A stretch of 32,000 nucleotides of DNA from Crocosphaera subtropica ATCC 51142 (GTDB lineage: Bacteria; Cyanobacteriota; Cyanobacteriia; Cyanobacteriales; Microcystaceae). The stretch lies in assembly GCF_000017845.1 (NCBI RefSeq), contig NC_010546.1:1243382-1275381 (forward strand). Direction: 5' to 3'. Under the pieces are notes generated by a model that saw nothing but the letters and a program-made list of their open reading frames with translations, did no database searches and was not told the DNA's origin. Shown in pieces: positions 1 to 8,387 of this stretch (the stretch's first letter is position 1; every line of letters starts with the position of its first letter). The position numbers were made by a program, and so were the translations under genes.

Positions 1-796
1 TCATGGTAAGAATAAATAATGCCGTCAACAGTACCACAATACTCCCCCCTGTCGAAACATCAAGATAATAGCTGAGATAGGTTCCTAAAACACAGGAAAG
101 AACACTACTGATCACAGCAACCACTAACATATAATCAAAGCGATCGCTCAACAAATAGCCAATCGATCCAGGGGTGACTAACATAGAAATAACCAGAATA
201 ATACCTGCGGTTTGTAATGCGGCCACAATTGTTAAAGCCAAAACAGAAAGCAAAGTATAATACATCACCTGAGTATTAAGACCAATAGCTGTGGCATGGT
301 TAGGATCGAAACAAAACAGAAGTAAATCTTTACGCCGTAGTAGAATAACAACCAAAGTAATGATTCCTGCCATTAAGCTTTGAATGATGTCTTGTTGAGA
401 AATACCCAAAACATTACCAAAAAGAATATGAAATAAATCAATATTACTCGGAATTTTTGTTACTAAAACTAACCCAAAAGCAAAAAATCCTGTAAAAACA
501 ATGCCAATGACAGCATCTTCTTTCAGTCGAGTCATAGACGTAATATAACCAATGGCAACCGTTGCCCCAAAGCCAAATAAAAATGCTCCAATAGCAAAGG
601 GAATATTCAGGGCATAAGCCACCACCACCCCAGGCACCACCGAATGGGAAATGGCATCCCCCATCAAAGACCACCCCTTGAGGGTAATATAGCAAGAAAG
701 CACCGCACAAACCAAGCCAACAAAGGCACTCACCCAGATAGCTTGCACCAAAAACCCATATTGCAAGGGTTCAATCAACCAGTTCCATACCATCAT
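1..796 (-). CDS. mntB: Mn/Zn ABC transporter permease (ABC-3 family); 3' end runs off the window
   Basis: Absent from the supplied ORF track because no stop lies in the window. The reverse strand from 796 reads ATGATGGTATGGAACTGG = MMVWNWLIEPLQYGFLVQAIWVSAFVGLVCAVLSCYITLKGWSLMGDAISHSVVPGVV... and stays open for 265 codons down to position 2. It is a hydrophobic multi-TM protein typical of MntB/ZnuB/TroC permeases. Its ATG overlaps the mntA stop (ATGA, 796-793). Confidence 0.85.
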   Translation of the reverse strand, partial: MMVWNWLIEPLQYGFLVQAIWVSAFVGLVCAVLSCYITLKGWSLMGDAISHSVVPGVVVAYALNIPFAIGAFLFGFGATVAIGYITSMTRLKEDAVIGIVFTGFFAFGLVLVTKIPSNIDLFHILFGNVLGISQQDIIQSLMAGIITLVVILLRRKDLLLFCFDPNHATAIGLNTQVMYYTLLSVLALTIVAALQTAGIILVISMLVTPGSIGYLLSDRFDYMLVVAVISSVLSCVLGTYLSYYLDVSTGGSIVVLLTALFILTM

Positions 797-1578
797 GACT
801 CTGAACCCCGAACTCCGAACTCCGAACTTAGATTACTGACAGGTAACCCACCAAAGGTCATCTCTAAATTTTCTTCTGTAAAGGTTTCTTCGGTGGTACC
901 CGACGCTAGAATGGTACGGTTGAGGAGAATTGTGCGATCGCAGAAGGTAGAAATAGACATCAAATCATGGGTCGACACTAAAAGGGTATGACCTTCTTCT
1001 CGCAACTGGATCATCAGATCAATCATGCTTTTTTCCGTCTTAACATCCACCCCCGTAAAAGGTTCATCCAGTAAAATGACTTTACCTTCTTGCGCCAAAG
1101 CCCTGGCTAGAAACGCCCGTTTTTTCTGTCCTCCTGACAGTTCACCGATCTGATGATGACGAAACTCTGTCATACCCACTCGTTCTAGGCTTTCCATCAC
1201 TAATCTTTTATCTTTGGCACTGGGAATGCGTAATAGGTTCATGTAACCATAACGTCCCATCATCACCACTTCAAAGACACTGACGGGAAAGTTCCAGTCC
1301 ACTTCATCGGCTTGGGGTACATAAGCCATCCACTGGCGTTTTTGAGCTTTTTTAACGGAAGTTCCTCCCACCAAAACCTGTCCTTGACTGGGGGACAAAA
1401 ACCCCATGATCGATTTAAACAAGGTGGACTTACCGCAACCGTTAGGACCGACCAACGCAGTAATCGAACCGGGTTCTACGGTACAACTGGCATTGTACAG
1501 GGCTAGTTTAGCGTTGTTGTAGGTAACACTGAGGTTATCTACTGTAATATTGAGTCGTTGGTTTATTGATGACATCAT
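793..1578 (-). CDS. mntA: Mn ABC transporter ATP-binding protein
   Basis: 261-aa ORF with Walker A GPNGCGKST, ABC signature LSGGQKKR, Walker B VILLDEP and H-loop STHD. It is flanked by a cluster A-I binding protein gene and an ABC-3 permease, in the order known for Synechocystis mntCAB. Confidence 0.9.
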   Translation of the reverse strand: MMSSINQRLNITVDNLSVTYNNAKLALYNASCTVEPGSITALVGPNGCGKSTLFKSIMGFLSPSQGQVLVGGTSVKKAQKRQWMAYVPQADEVDWNFPVSVFEVVMMGRYGYMNLLRIPSAKDKRLVMESLERVGMTEFRHHQIGELSGGQKKRAFLARALAQEGKVILLDEPFTGVDVKTEKSMIDLMIQLREEGHTLLVSTHDLMSISTFCDRTILLNRTILASGTTEETFTEENLEMTFGGLPVSNLSSEFGVRGSES

Positions 1579-1765
1579 TGTGAACTAAATCCTTAAATGG
1601 TTTGTATTAAAGAGTTATGAGACACTATACCGCTACGCACTCATGCAAAATTAGACTAGAAAAGGGTTTCAAGTTTTGTGAATTTCCGAACCATAATGCC
1701 TAGTGCTATAAGGGGTGGAACATAAATCTCATTCATTATCTTAAGAAATGTAAATTGCTTGTTAA

Positions 1766-1802
1766 ACCTGTCTGAAGTTACACTTGCTTGACTTAAACAG
1801 GT
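1766..1802 (-). other. mRNA-sense hairpin just after the mntC stop
   Basis: The minus strand reads ACCTGTTTAAGT-N12-ACTTCAGACAGGT: 12 pairs including one G.U, with one bulged C. The G.U becomes a C/A mismatch on the plus strand. No U-run follows. Confidence 0.35.
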
Positions 1803-1804
1803 AC

Positions 1805-2788
1805 TTATTGCGTCTTACTACCAGCGAGTAACCCGTTAGAAATAACACGAGCATCGTATTCGAGTAAGTCTAAGAAGGTAGGCACTGGCCCTTCTTCGGT
1901 GGAAAGAGAGTCAACATAAAGGTTGCCCCCAAACCGTGAGCCAGTGGTTTTGGCGACTTGTTTTTGTCCCTCGTCACTGACGGTACTTTCACAAAAAACA
2001 GTAGGAACCTTATTCGTTTTCACCTTATCAATGACCGTTTTGACCTGTTTAGGAGTAAACTGCTGTTCAGCATTAATCGGCCACATATAAATTTCTTTTA
2101 AATTGTAGTCACGGGCTAAATAGGAGAATGCTCCCTCGCAACTCACTAAATATCGCTGATTTTCAGGGACTTGCTCTAAATCTGCTTGGAGTTGCTCATC
2201 AATCGCTTTGAGTTTTTCGCTGTAAGCAGCAGCATTGGCGTTGTATGTCTCGGCGTTGTCGGGGTCAAGTTCCACAAAGGCTTTACGAATATTCTCCACA
2301 TAAACTAAAGCGTTTCTAGGGGACATCCAAGCATGGGGGTTAGGTTTATCGGCGTAGGGACCTTCTGAAATAGGAATGGGTTCAATCCCTTCTGTCAACA
2401 GCACTGAAGGCACATCTTTGATATTGCCTAAAAACTGCTCAAACCAACGTTCTAGGTTCATGCCATTATATAAAACAAGGTCAGCGTCTTGCGCTTTGGT
2501 AATATCACTAGGAGTTGGTTCATAACCGTGAATTTCTGCGCCAATACGGGTAATTGACTGTACGTCTAACTTATCCCCCGCTACGTTTTGAGCGATGTCC
2601 GCTAGAACGGTAAAAGTTGTCAATACTTTCTTTTTTCCCTGATGATCGGCAGCTAATTCCCTGGGTTCCCTATTGTCTGTTTGGGTGGAAGGATCAGTGA
2701 CTTCATTGGAAGTACAACTGATTAACCCAACCCCTAAAGTCAAACTAAGGGTAAGGACAATGCCCCGTGACAAGAATATGGGTATCAT
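1805..2788 (-). CDS. mntC: Mn-binding periplasmic solute-binding lipoprotein (TroA/PsaA/MntC cluster A-I)
   Basis: 327-aa ORF with a signal peptide and lipobox LISC. Candidate metal ligands lie in EIHGYEP, NPHAWMSP, VSCEGAFSY and LYVDSL. There is no His-rich ZnuA-type loop, which favours Mn over Zn. Confidence 0.9.
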   Translation of the reverse strand: MIPIFLSRGIVLTLSLTLGVGLISCTSNEVTDPSTQTDNREPRELAADHQGKKKVLTTFTVLADIAQNVAGDKLDVQSITRIGAEIHGYEPTPSDITKAQDADLVLYNGMNLERWFEQFLGNIKDVPSVLLTEGIEPIPISEGPYADKPNPHAWMSPRNALVYVENIRKAFVELDPDNAETYNANAAAYSEKLKAIDEQLQADLEQVPENQRYLVSCEGAFSYLARDYNLKEIYMWPINAEQQFTPKQVKTVIDKVKTNKVPTVFCESTVSDEGQKQVAKTTGSRFGGNLYVDSLSTEEGPVPTFLDLLEYDARVISNGLLAGSKTQ

Positions 2789-2810
2789 TGCAAAATTGAT
2801 TGGCTTTATC

Positions 2811-2851
2811 TCATAATTTTATCATAATTATCTCATAATTTTTTCATAATT
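2811..2851 (-). promoter_or_regulatory. Four phased direct repeats (plus TCATAATT, minus AATTATGA) upstream of mntC; candidate regulator site overlapping the promoter
   Basis: TCATAATT starts at 2811, 2822, 2833 and 2844, an exact 11-bp period. Copies 1 and 3 extend to TTATCTCATAATTTT (2806-2820, 2828-2842), a 22-bp super-period. The last repeat ends 22 nt before the mntC ATG at 2788. Confidence 0.5.
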
Positions 2852-3242
2852 GCTTAAGACAAGCATACTGATATCTTGCACCTTCGCTCAAACGAAGCTC
2901 CTTTAGACGTGAGTGTGGTGTTAGGAGTTCAGAGTGCGACTACGTCGTGCTACGCAACGGAGTTAGAATTTTTTTAACGAGGGAATCAGGGTTTGATAAG
3001 AGATCCGCTTTAGATAGTATAGTATCAAGTCTCGAAGCAGGGAGCAGGGAGAAGGGAGAAAAAAGTTACTCTACTAAAATAAGCGGATTTGGTATGAGAC
3101 TTCTTATTGGTTGTCAGTTTTCCATAGATTCTCTTCCGTCGAACTCAAGTCCTTTAGGGAAGGAACAGGGAACAAAGTTTATTTTGACGGTAACTTCTTA
3201 AGAATTGATTTTCTGTCCTTGGTTATTAAATTTTAAAAAACC

Positions 3243-5162
3243 CTAGGATAAATTAAAACATTGATCATTTTCTTCTAATTGTTTTGTGAGACTATCAGCC
3301 ATCATAGGCTTAGCAAAATAATAGCCTTGACCATAGGCATACCCTAAATTAGAAAGGATTTCTTGCTGTTTTAGGGTTTCTATTCCTTCGGCCACTAAGT
3401 TAAATTTCATTTCTTGGGCGATGGTGGCAATAGCTTTACAGATAGCTAATTTTTCTGTATCTGCTTCATTTTCTGGTACAAAAGAACGATCGACTTTAAT
3501 TTCATCAAAAGGAAATTGTAATAACTGTATTAACCCTGCTTGTCCTGTGCCAAAATCGTCCACTTTCAAGCGAACGGACATTTTTTTTAACCAATCTAAG
3601 CTTTGACGATATAATTCTAGATTCTGATAAATGATCCGTTCTGTAATTTCTAATCCTACTAAATGGGGAGCAATATTCGCCTCAATAATCCGTTGATAAA
3701 TTTGTTCAATAAAATTCTTGTCTTCTAGTTCTGCTGCACTCAGATTAAAAGATAACCAAAAATTAGGCTTAATCGAATGCCATTGGGTGAGTTGTTCTAA
3801 TCCTTGACACACAACCCAGTCGGTAATGGGATAGGTTAATCCTATGGCTTCAGCAACAGGAATAAATTCAGCAGGAGAAATCATTCCCAGTTCGGGAGAA
3901 CTCCACCGAATTAAAGCTTCTGCGCCAACAATTTCCCCTGTCGCTAAAGAAACAATGGGTTGATATACTAACCACCGTTCATTTTCTCTTCCTGGTTGTC
4001 GTAAATAGGATTCTATTAACATCTGACGGGCATATTGATTGGCTAACTGACGATTCCAAAGACGGATACGATTGTTGGGTAACTCAGAACGGCGATCGCT
4101 TTTGGCTTCTCTGGCAGCGGTTTCTGCAATTTGTCGCAATCTATCTATGGATTGATCCTGTTCACATTCGGGAAGATCATTGGTAGCAATTCCCATAGAT
4201 GCACTAATTTTTGCTCCTTCAATCTCTAAAGATTGAATTTCTTGCAGGATAGAAACGGCAATAGAATAGACATCAATGATAGGAAAAAGCAACAAAAATT
4301 CATCTCCTCCTTCTCGAATCGCAATGCCATCATTACGTCTTGTAGAGTCACGAAATATCTCAGCAACAGCTATCAGTATTTTATCCCCTAATTCATGTCC
4401 TCGTTGATCGTTAATTCGTTTAAATCGATCCAAATCAATATAGATACAGGCTTGCCATTGTCGGGTTTCTGAATTCAAAAATCGACGGTTATATAATCCG
4501 GTTAACGCATCATAATTCAGAGGACTAATATCTAGGAAAGTAACATAAAGTAATTGCTGAGAAAGGGGAACAAAAATATTAATAAAATGACCGACTAATT
4601 GTTCTTCATAATGAATTTCAATTTGTTGAGATTTTCCTGTTTCAAAGGCTTGAAAATACAAATCCATTAAGGGCTTTTCTTGAGGATAAACAGGTTGACA
4701 AAAAATAGGAAATTTTTCTCCCAAACATTCCCCTAAATTAAATTGCTCTTGAAACATTTTTTGTCCAACAGCATTAATTTTGAGCAATTTTAAATCATTT
4801 TCTTTTTTTTCTAATAAAAGATTCCCTGTCATCGATTTATCCCAGGTTGTCTCTAATAACTGAAAGGTTTTTCCTAAATACCGTAACTGATGCTGACTTC
4901 TGAATAGAGCAATCACTGCTGTCCAGGAAACAATAGCTGTTATTAGATGCCAATAGGTAACATGATGGTAAAATGCGGCTAAAAAATGACCAACTCCACA
5001 ACTAAAAACAAAAGCGATCGCCAATAATAAATTAATCCAAATGGTTCGTTGTGCATTGTTTAATAGAGGTAAGAGCAATGCTGGAATTAAAAAGTAAGCA
5101 CCGGCGATCGCTGCGTTAAAAATGCGATAATTATGATCCAAAATGAAACCTCGATAAGCCAA
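3243..5162 (-). CDS. Membrane-anchored PAS-GGDEF-EAL c-di-GMP turnover protein
   Basis: 639-aa ORF with a hydrophobic N-terminus (about 3-4 TM) and a PAS-like segment ending ...LLYVTFLDISPL. It has GGDEF (REGGDEFLLLF) and EAL (GAEALIRW) motifs plus DDFGTG, EGIET and QGYYFAKP. The start codon at 5162 is TTG and there is no nearby in-frame ATG. Confidence 0.9.
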   Translation of the reverse strand: MAYRGFILDHNYRIFNAAIAGAYFLIPALLLPLLNNAQRTIWINLLLAIAFVFSCGVGHFLAAFYHHVTYWHLITAIVSWTAVIALFRSQHQLRYLGKTFQLLETTWDKSMTGNLLLEKKENDLKLLKINAVGQKMFQEQFNLGECLGEKFPIFCQPVYPQEKPLMDLYFQAFETGKSQQIEIHYEEQLVGHFINIFVPLSQQLLYVTFLDISPLNYDALTGLYNRRFLNSETRQWQACIYIDLDRFKRINDQRGHELGDKILIAVAEIFRDSTRRNDGIAIREGGDEFLLLFPIIDVYSIAVSILQEIQSLEIEGAKISASMGIATNDLPECEQDQSIDRLRQIAETAAREAKSDRRSELPNNRIRLWNRQLANQYARQMLIESYLRQPGRENERWLVYQPIVSLATGEIVGAEALIRWSSPELGMISPAEFIPVAEAIGLTYPITDWVVCQGLEQLTQWHSIKPNFWLSFNLSAAELEDKNFIEQIYQRIIEANIAPHLVGLEITERIIYQNLELYRQSLDWLKKMSVRLKVDDFGTGQAGLIQLLQFPFDEIKVDRSFVPENEADTEKLAICKAIATIAQEMKFNLVAEGIETLKQQEILSNLGYAYGQGYYFAKPMMADSLTKQLEENDQCFNLS

Positions 5163-5493
5163 TACTACAGATAATTAATTGTCTCCTTTTATAAGTTTTA
5201 TATACTTATACATTTAATAAGTACATATAGCTAACTTGAGGAAATAAAAAACTATCAATTTCAGTATTCCCACTTTTGACCCTCAAACTAACATTGAGAA
5301 TGATTAAGGTTTTATGGGAAAAAATTTAATCGTCAGGAAACAACAATTATTTACAATTACCTTATAATCACAAAAATTGATGAAGTCTAAGCATTATATA
5401 TACAAATTTTTTCTATTTTAACAAGGACTCTTATTAATTCTTAATTATTTATCGATTATGAGATCCATCCAGTAGGATATCCCATAGCTTATA

Positions 5494-6279
5494 TTAAGCT
5501 CTAAATTGTTTTTCTACAGCCCTCAGCAAAAATTCTCTCGGTAAAAAACGGGTAATATTAACAATAATCTTGTTTCCAATTCCTCCTGTTACCACATTAG
5601 ATTTATGATTATCTAAAGCGTTTAGGGCATCTTTGACTACAGCCATTGCTGATGTTAAATTACCATTATTCTTATCTTGAAAACTTTGAGGAAATCGGGC
5701 TGCTTCAAAGAATTCGGACTCCGTTGGTCCAGGACATAAGGCTAAACATTTGATACCTTTATCTTTATTTTCTGCCCATAATGCTTCAGTAAAACTGAGA
5801 ACAAAGGCCTTAGTTGCTGCATAAAGGGACATATAAGCTAAAGGTTGAAATCCCGCAATAGAAGACACATTGATGATACTTCCTTCTCCTCGTTGCTGCA
5901 TCTGAGATAAAAACAGATGGGTTAATTCAACCAAAACAGTCACATTTAGTTGAATCATTGCTAACTGTCGAGATAAGTCTCGCTCATAAAAGAGTCCATA
6001 ATCCCCGAAACCAGCGTTATTTATCAATAAATCTACCGATAAGCCCTTATTTTGAACCCAATCATATACCTTTTGACCCGCCTGGGGTTCCGTTAAATCT
6101 TGTACCATCACCTTAACATCAATCGAGGTCTTTTCTCGTAAATGTTTAGCTAATCTATATAGTTTATCCTGGGAACGGGCAATTAAAATGAGATTAGTTT
6201 GACGAGTCGCTAATTCTTCAGCGAATGCTTGTCCAATACCCGAAGATGCGCCGGTAATTAGAGCCGTTTTCATCACCAT
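5494..6279 (-). CDS. Short-chain dehydrogenase/reductase (SDR) family oxidoreductase
   Basis: 261 aa with cofactor motif TGASSGIG, NNAG and catalytic YAATK. Confidence 0.85.
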   Translation of the reverse strand: MVMKTALITGASSGIGQAFAEELATRQTNLILIARSQDKLYRLAKHLREKTSIDVKVMVQDLTEPQAGQKVYDWVQNKGLSVDLLINNAGFGDYGLFYERDLSRQLAMIQLNVTVLVELTHLFLSQMQQRGEGSIINVSSIAGFQPLAYMSLYAATKAFVLSFTEALWAENKDKGIKCLALCPGPTESEFFEAARFPQSFQDKNNGNLTSAMAVVKDALNALDNHKSNVVTGGIGNKIIVNITRFLPREFLLRAVEKQFRA

Positions 6280-6410
6280 TATGATTACAATCTAAAAGGA
6301 GTTACTATTGTTACAAATTGTAACGCAAGTGAACAGAAAAAATCCAACGCCAAGGCTGAGTCAACAGCTTGTGCAACTCACCCTTTTTTTTGCCGTCAGT
6401 AACCTTATGA

Positions 6411-7616
6411 ATGATACCCCGAAAACCGATGCCCATGAAAGTTATTAAATTCTTAGGTCACTTTCTGCGATTGCGGTGGGGTGCTAAGTCTTTATCCCTA
6501 ATGGATCGCTATCTGGCTTCACAGTTAATTGGCCCCTTATTATTTTCTGTGGGTTTAGTGTCCGTCTTGGGAGTGGCCATTGGTTATTTATCGGACTTAG
6601 CGGATAAGGTGGTAGATTCTAATTTACCCCTAATACAAGCCTCAGAAATTTTACTATTAAAGGTGCCAGAGTTTACCGCTTATGCGTTGCCCATTTCTGT
6701 GATGCTAAGTACCTTATTAACCTATGGACGTTTGAGTAACGATAGTGAATTAATTGCCTTTCGGGGGTGTGGGGTTAGTCTCTATCGTTTGATTGTTCCT
6801 GCGGTGGTGATGAGTTTGGTAGTCACAGGGGTGACATTTTTAGTCAGTGAATTGGTGGTTCCGGCGGCCAATTATCGGGCTACCGCTATTTTAGTGGAGT
6901 ATCTACAAGAGGAGCATCCCTATTGGCAAAATAAAGACATTTTCTATCCTGATTATGAGCAAGTGGTTTTACCCAATGGAGAAAAAGAAAAGCGGTTAAA
7001 ACATTTATTTTTTGCCGAACAATTTGATGGTCAAAATCTTAAAACGTTAACAGTTTTAGAATGGTTAGAAGAACGATTAAATCGTATTGTCGTGTCCGAT
7101 TCAGCTACATGGAATGGACAAGAAGAAACTTGGGATTTTTTCGATGGGACGATTTATCAATTAGCCCCAGATGCGTCCTATAAAGAAGCTTATCCCTTTG
7201 AACACCGACAATTACCTTTAACCAAAGCAGCCTTTGAATTTGCCTTACAAGGCCGTGATCCCTACGAAATGAATATTATTCAGGCTAGGCAATATATGAA
7301 AATTTTAAAGATGATGGGGGATGATAAAAAGTTACGAATGTTTCAAGTGAGAATTCAACAAAAATTGGCGTTTCCCTTCATTTGTGTCGTGTTTGGGGTA
7401 GTGGGTTCGGCCTTGGGGTCTATGCCTCAGCAGATGAGTCGGGCGACGGGTTTTGGCTTAAGTGTGGTGATTATTTTTAGTTACTATCTATTAGGCTTTC
7501 TTATTGGCAGTTTGGGTTTAATGGGGTTAATTTCACCTGTTTTAGCGGGCTGGCTACCTAATATTCTGGGGTTAGCAATGGGAGGCTGGTTACTATATCG
7601 TTTTGCTGAATCTTGA
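6411..7616 (+). CDS. LptF/LptG (YjgP/YjgQ) family permease
   Basis: 401 aa. The N-terminal LMDRYLASQLIGPLLF, three TM segments, a large soluble loop and three C-terminal TM segments match the LptF/G layout. The first roughly 30 codons may be a 5' over-extension. Confidence 0.8.
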   Translation: MIPRKPMPMKVIKFLGHFLRLRWGAKSLSLMDRYLASQLIGPLLFSVGLVSVLGVAIGYLSDLADKVVDSNLPLIQASEILLLKVPEFTAYALPISVMLSTLLTYGRLSNDSELIAFRGCGVSLYRLIVPAVVMSLVVTGVTFLVSELVVPAANYRATAILVEYLQEEHPYWQNKDIFYPDYEQVVLPNGEKEKRLKHLFFAEQFDGQNLKTLTVLEWLEERLNRIVVSDSATWNGQEETWDFFDGTIYQLAPDASYKEAYPFEHRQLPLTKAAFEFALQGRDPYEMNIIQARQYMKILKMMGDDKKLRMFQVRIQQKLAFPFICVVFGVVGSALGSMPQQMSRATGFGLSVVIIFSYYLLGFLIGSLGLMGLISPVLAGWLPNILGLAMGGWLLYRFAES

Positions 7617-7633
7617 AGTTTCTGGTGTAATAA

Positions 7634-7786
7634 AATAATAAAGTTGTATAATTTTGATAGCTAAAACTATTTATTTTTCGTTAACTATAAAAATTATTCA
7701 GAAAATAAAGTTATATAATTTCGCCTGTTCGATAGATGGGCTAGTTTGAATTTTTTCTTTTGTCGAATAATAAAGTTGTATAAGTT
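7634..7786. repeat. Three dispersed direct copies of a 21-nt motif, AATAATAAAGTTGTATAATTT
   Basis: Copies lie at 7634-7654, 7701-7721 (18/21) and 7766-7786 (20/21), spaced 67 and 65 bp. Each copy contains TATAAT or TATAAG. Confidence 0.6.
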
Positions 7787-8061
7787 AAACGAGCGCCGAA
7801 TATTATACCCTTGCTATGATATTTTTATCGGTAAGCCTGTATGAATTTTAGGAGGTATAGCCATACTCTCCAATACTGGATTTCAAGCATGGTGCGCACT
7901 GGCGAAGCCAGATCCGTGCAGGATCGCTTAAAATGTCGCAATAGCAAAGAGATTTGGTTCATAAAATTCGGATTTTCTGCCCCACTTGTAAGGTTAAAGG
8001 GAGTTTAAAAAATGTTCATAAACTTCATGGTAATAGAAAAATGGGCAGAGAACTATTTATT

Positions 8062-8171
8062 CCTCTTCTGTCAGACTCTGAAAAATGGGAATCAAACCCT
8101 GATTCTCTCGTTAGGTGTCGTTGGCTGTAATGACGGAAATTCTTCAGAATTTAGGAAAGTGACAGAAGAGG
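8062..8171. repeat. 110-bp unit bounded by a 12-bp inverted repeat in the clcA leader (MITE-like or structured RNA)
   Basis: CCTCTTCTGTCA (8062-8073) pairs with TGACAGAAGAGG (8160-8171). The interior carries a 23-nt motif (8091-8113) that recurs at 2975-2997, and an AAATTC-TTCA-GAATTT hairpin. Confidence 0.45.
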
Positions 8172-8387
8172 GATAATTTTAGTCTAACAAGGTTAAATTA
8201 CCTGCCATTGTTCAGTTTTATGAATAGGATGATTCAGTTCTGCAATATTGGAATCAACCCATTAAATTGTTTAACAGTAAGGATCTGATTGAAATTTGAT
8301 TTAAGCATTTTGCTCTCACTTCATGATTATAAACTAGAATTTTTGTAGCGTTTTTCTCTCAGTATCACCTCTTTAAGAAAGTTACTT

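Noticed and set aside
444-991. ORFs 444..710 (-) and 644..991 (+).
   Set aside because: They lie in alternative frames over the mntB and mntA coding regions. Their translations are low-complexity (W/G/C-rich or basic) and have no start context. They are shadow ORFs.
1312-1506. 64-aa ORF on the plus strand inside mntA.
   Set aside because: It is antisense to a well-supported ABC ATPase gene and has no independent support.
3037-3057. Purine heptamer run GCAGGGA GCAGGGA GAAGGGA, reminiscent of cyanobacterial STRR heptamer repeats.
   Set aside because: There are only three copies and they do not match the classical STRR sequences I remember. That is too little to call a repeat family.
2947-3201. 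84-aa ORF in the mntC upstream region.
   Set aside because: It starts at a non-ATG codon (GTG at 2947), has no obvious Shine-Dalgarno sequence, and its translation is low-complexity and Ser/Gly/Glu-rich. The region looks regulatory or repeat-like (23-nt motif, purine heptamers) rather than coding.
3421-3606. 61-aa plus-strand ORF inside the GGDEF-EAL gene.
   Set aside because: It is an antisense shadow ORF within a strongly supported CDS.
7634-7786. The three spaced repeats considered as a mini CRISPR array.
   Set aside because: The repeats are only about 21 nt, imperfect (18-20/21), AT-rich and promoter-like. There are just three copies and no cas genes in the window.
7841-8008. 55-codon ORF (MNFRRYSHTLQYWISS...) in the clcA leader.
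   Set aside because: It has no recognisable family, is basic and low-information, and overlaps a GC-rich hairpin. I mention it only within a finding.
7617-8387. A fluoride (crcB) riboswitch upstream of the ClC gene.
   Set aside because: The transporter has the canonical Cl-/H+ ClcA motifs (GSGIP, GREGP, GIFAP) rather than the CLC-F variants. I could not find the conserved crcB-motif core. A UAAUGAC string at about 8126 lacks the flanking pseudoknot partners.
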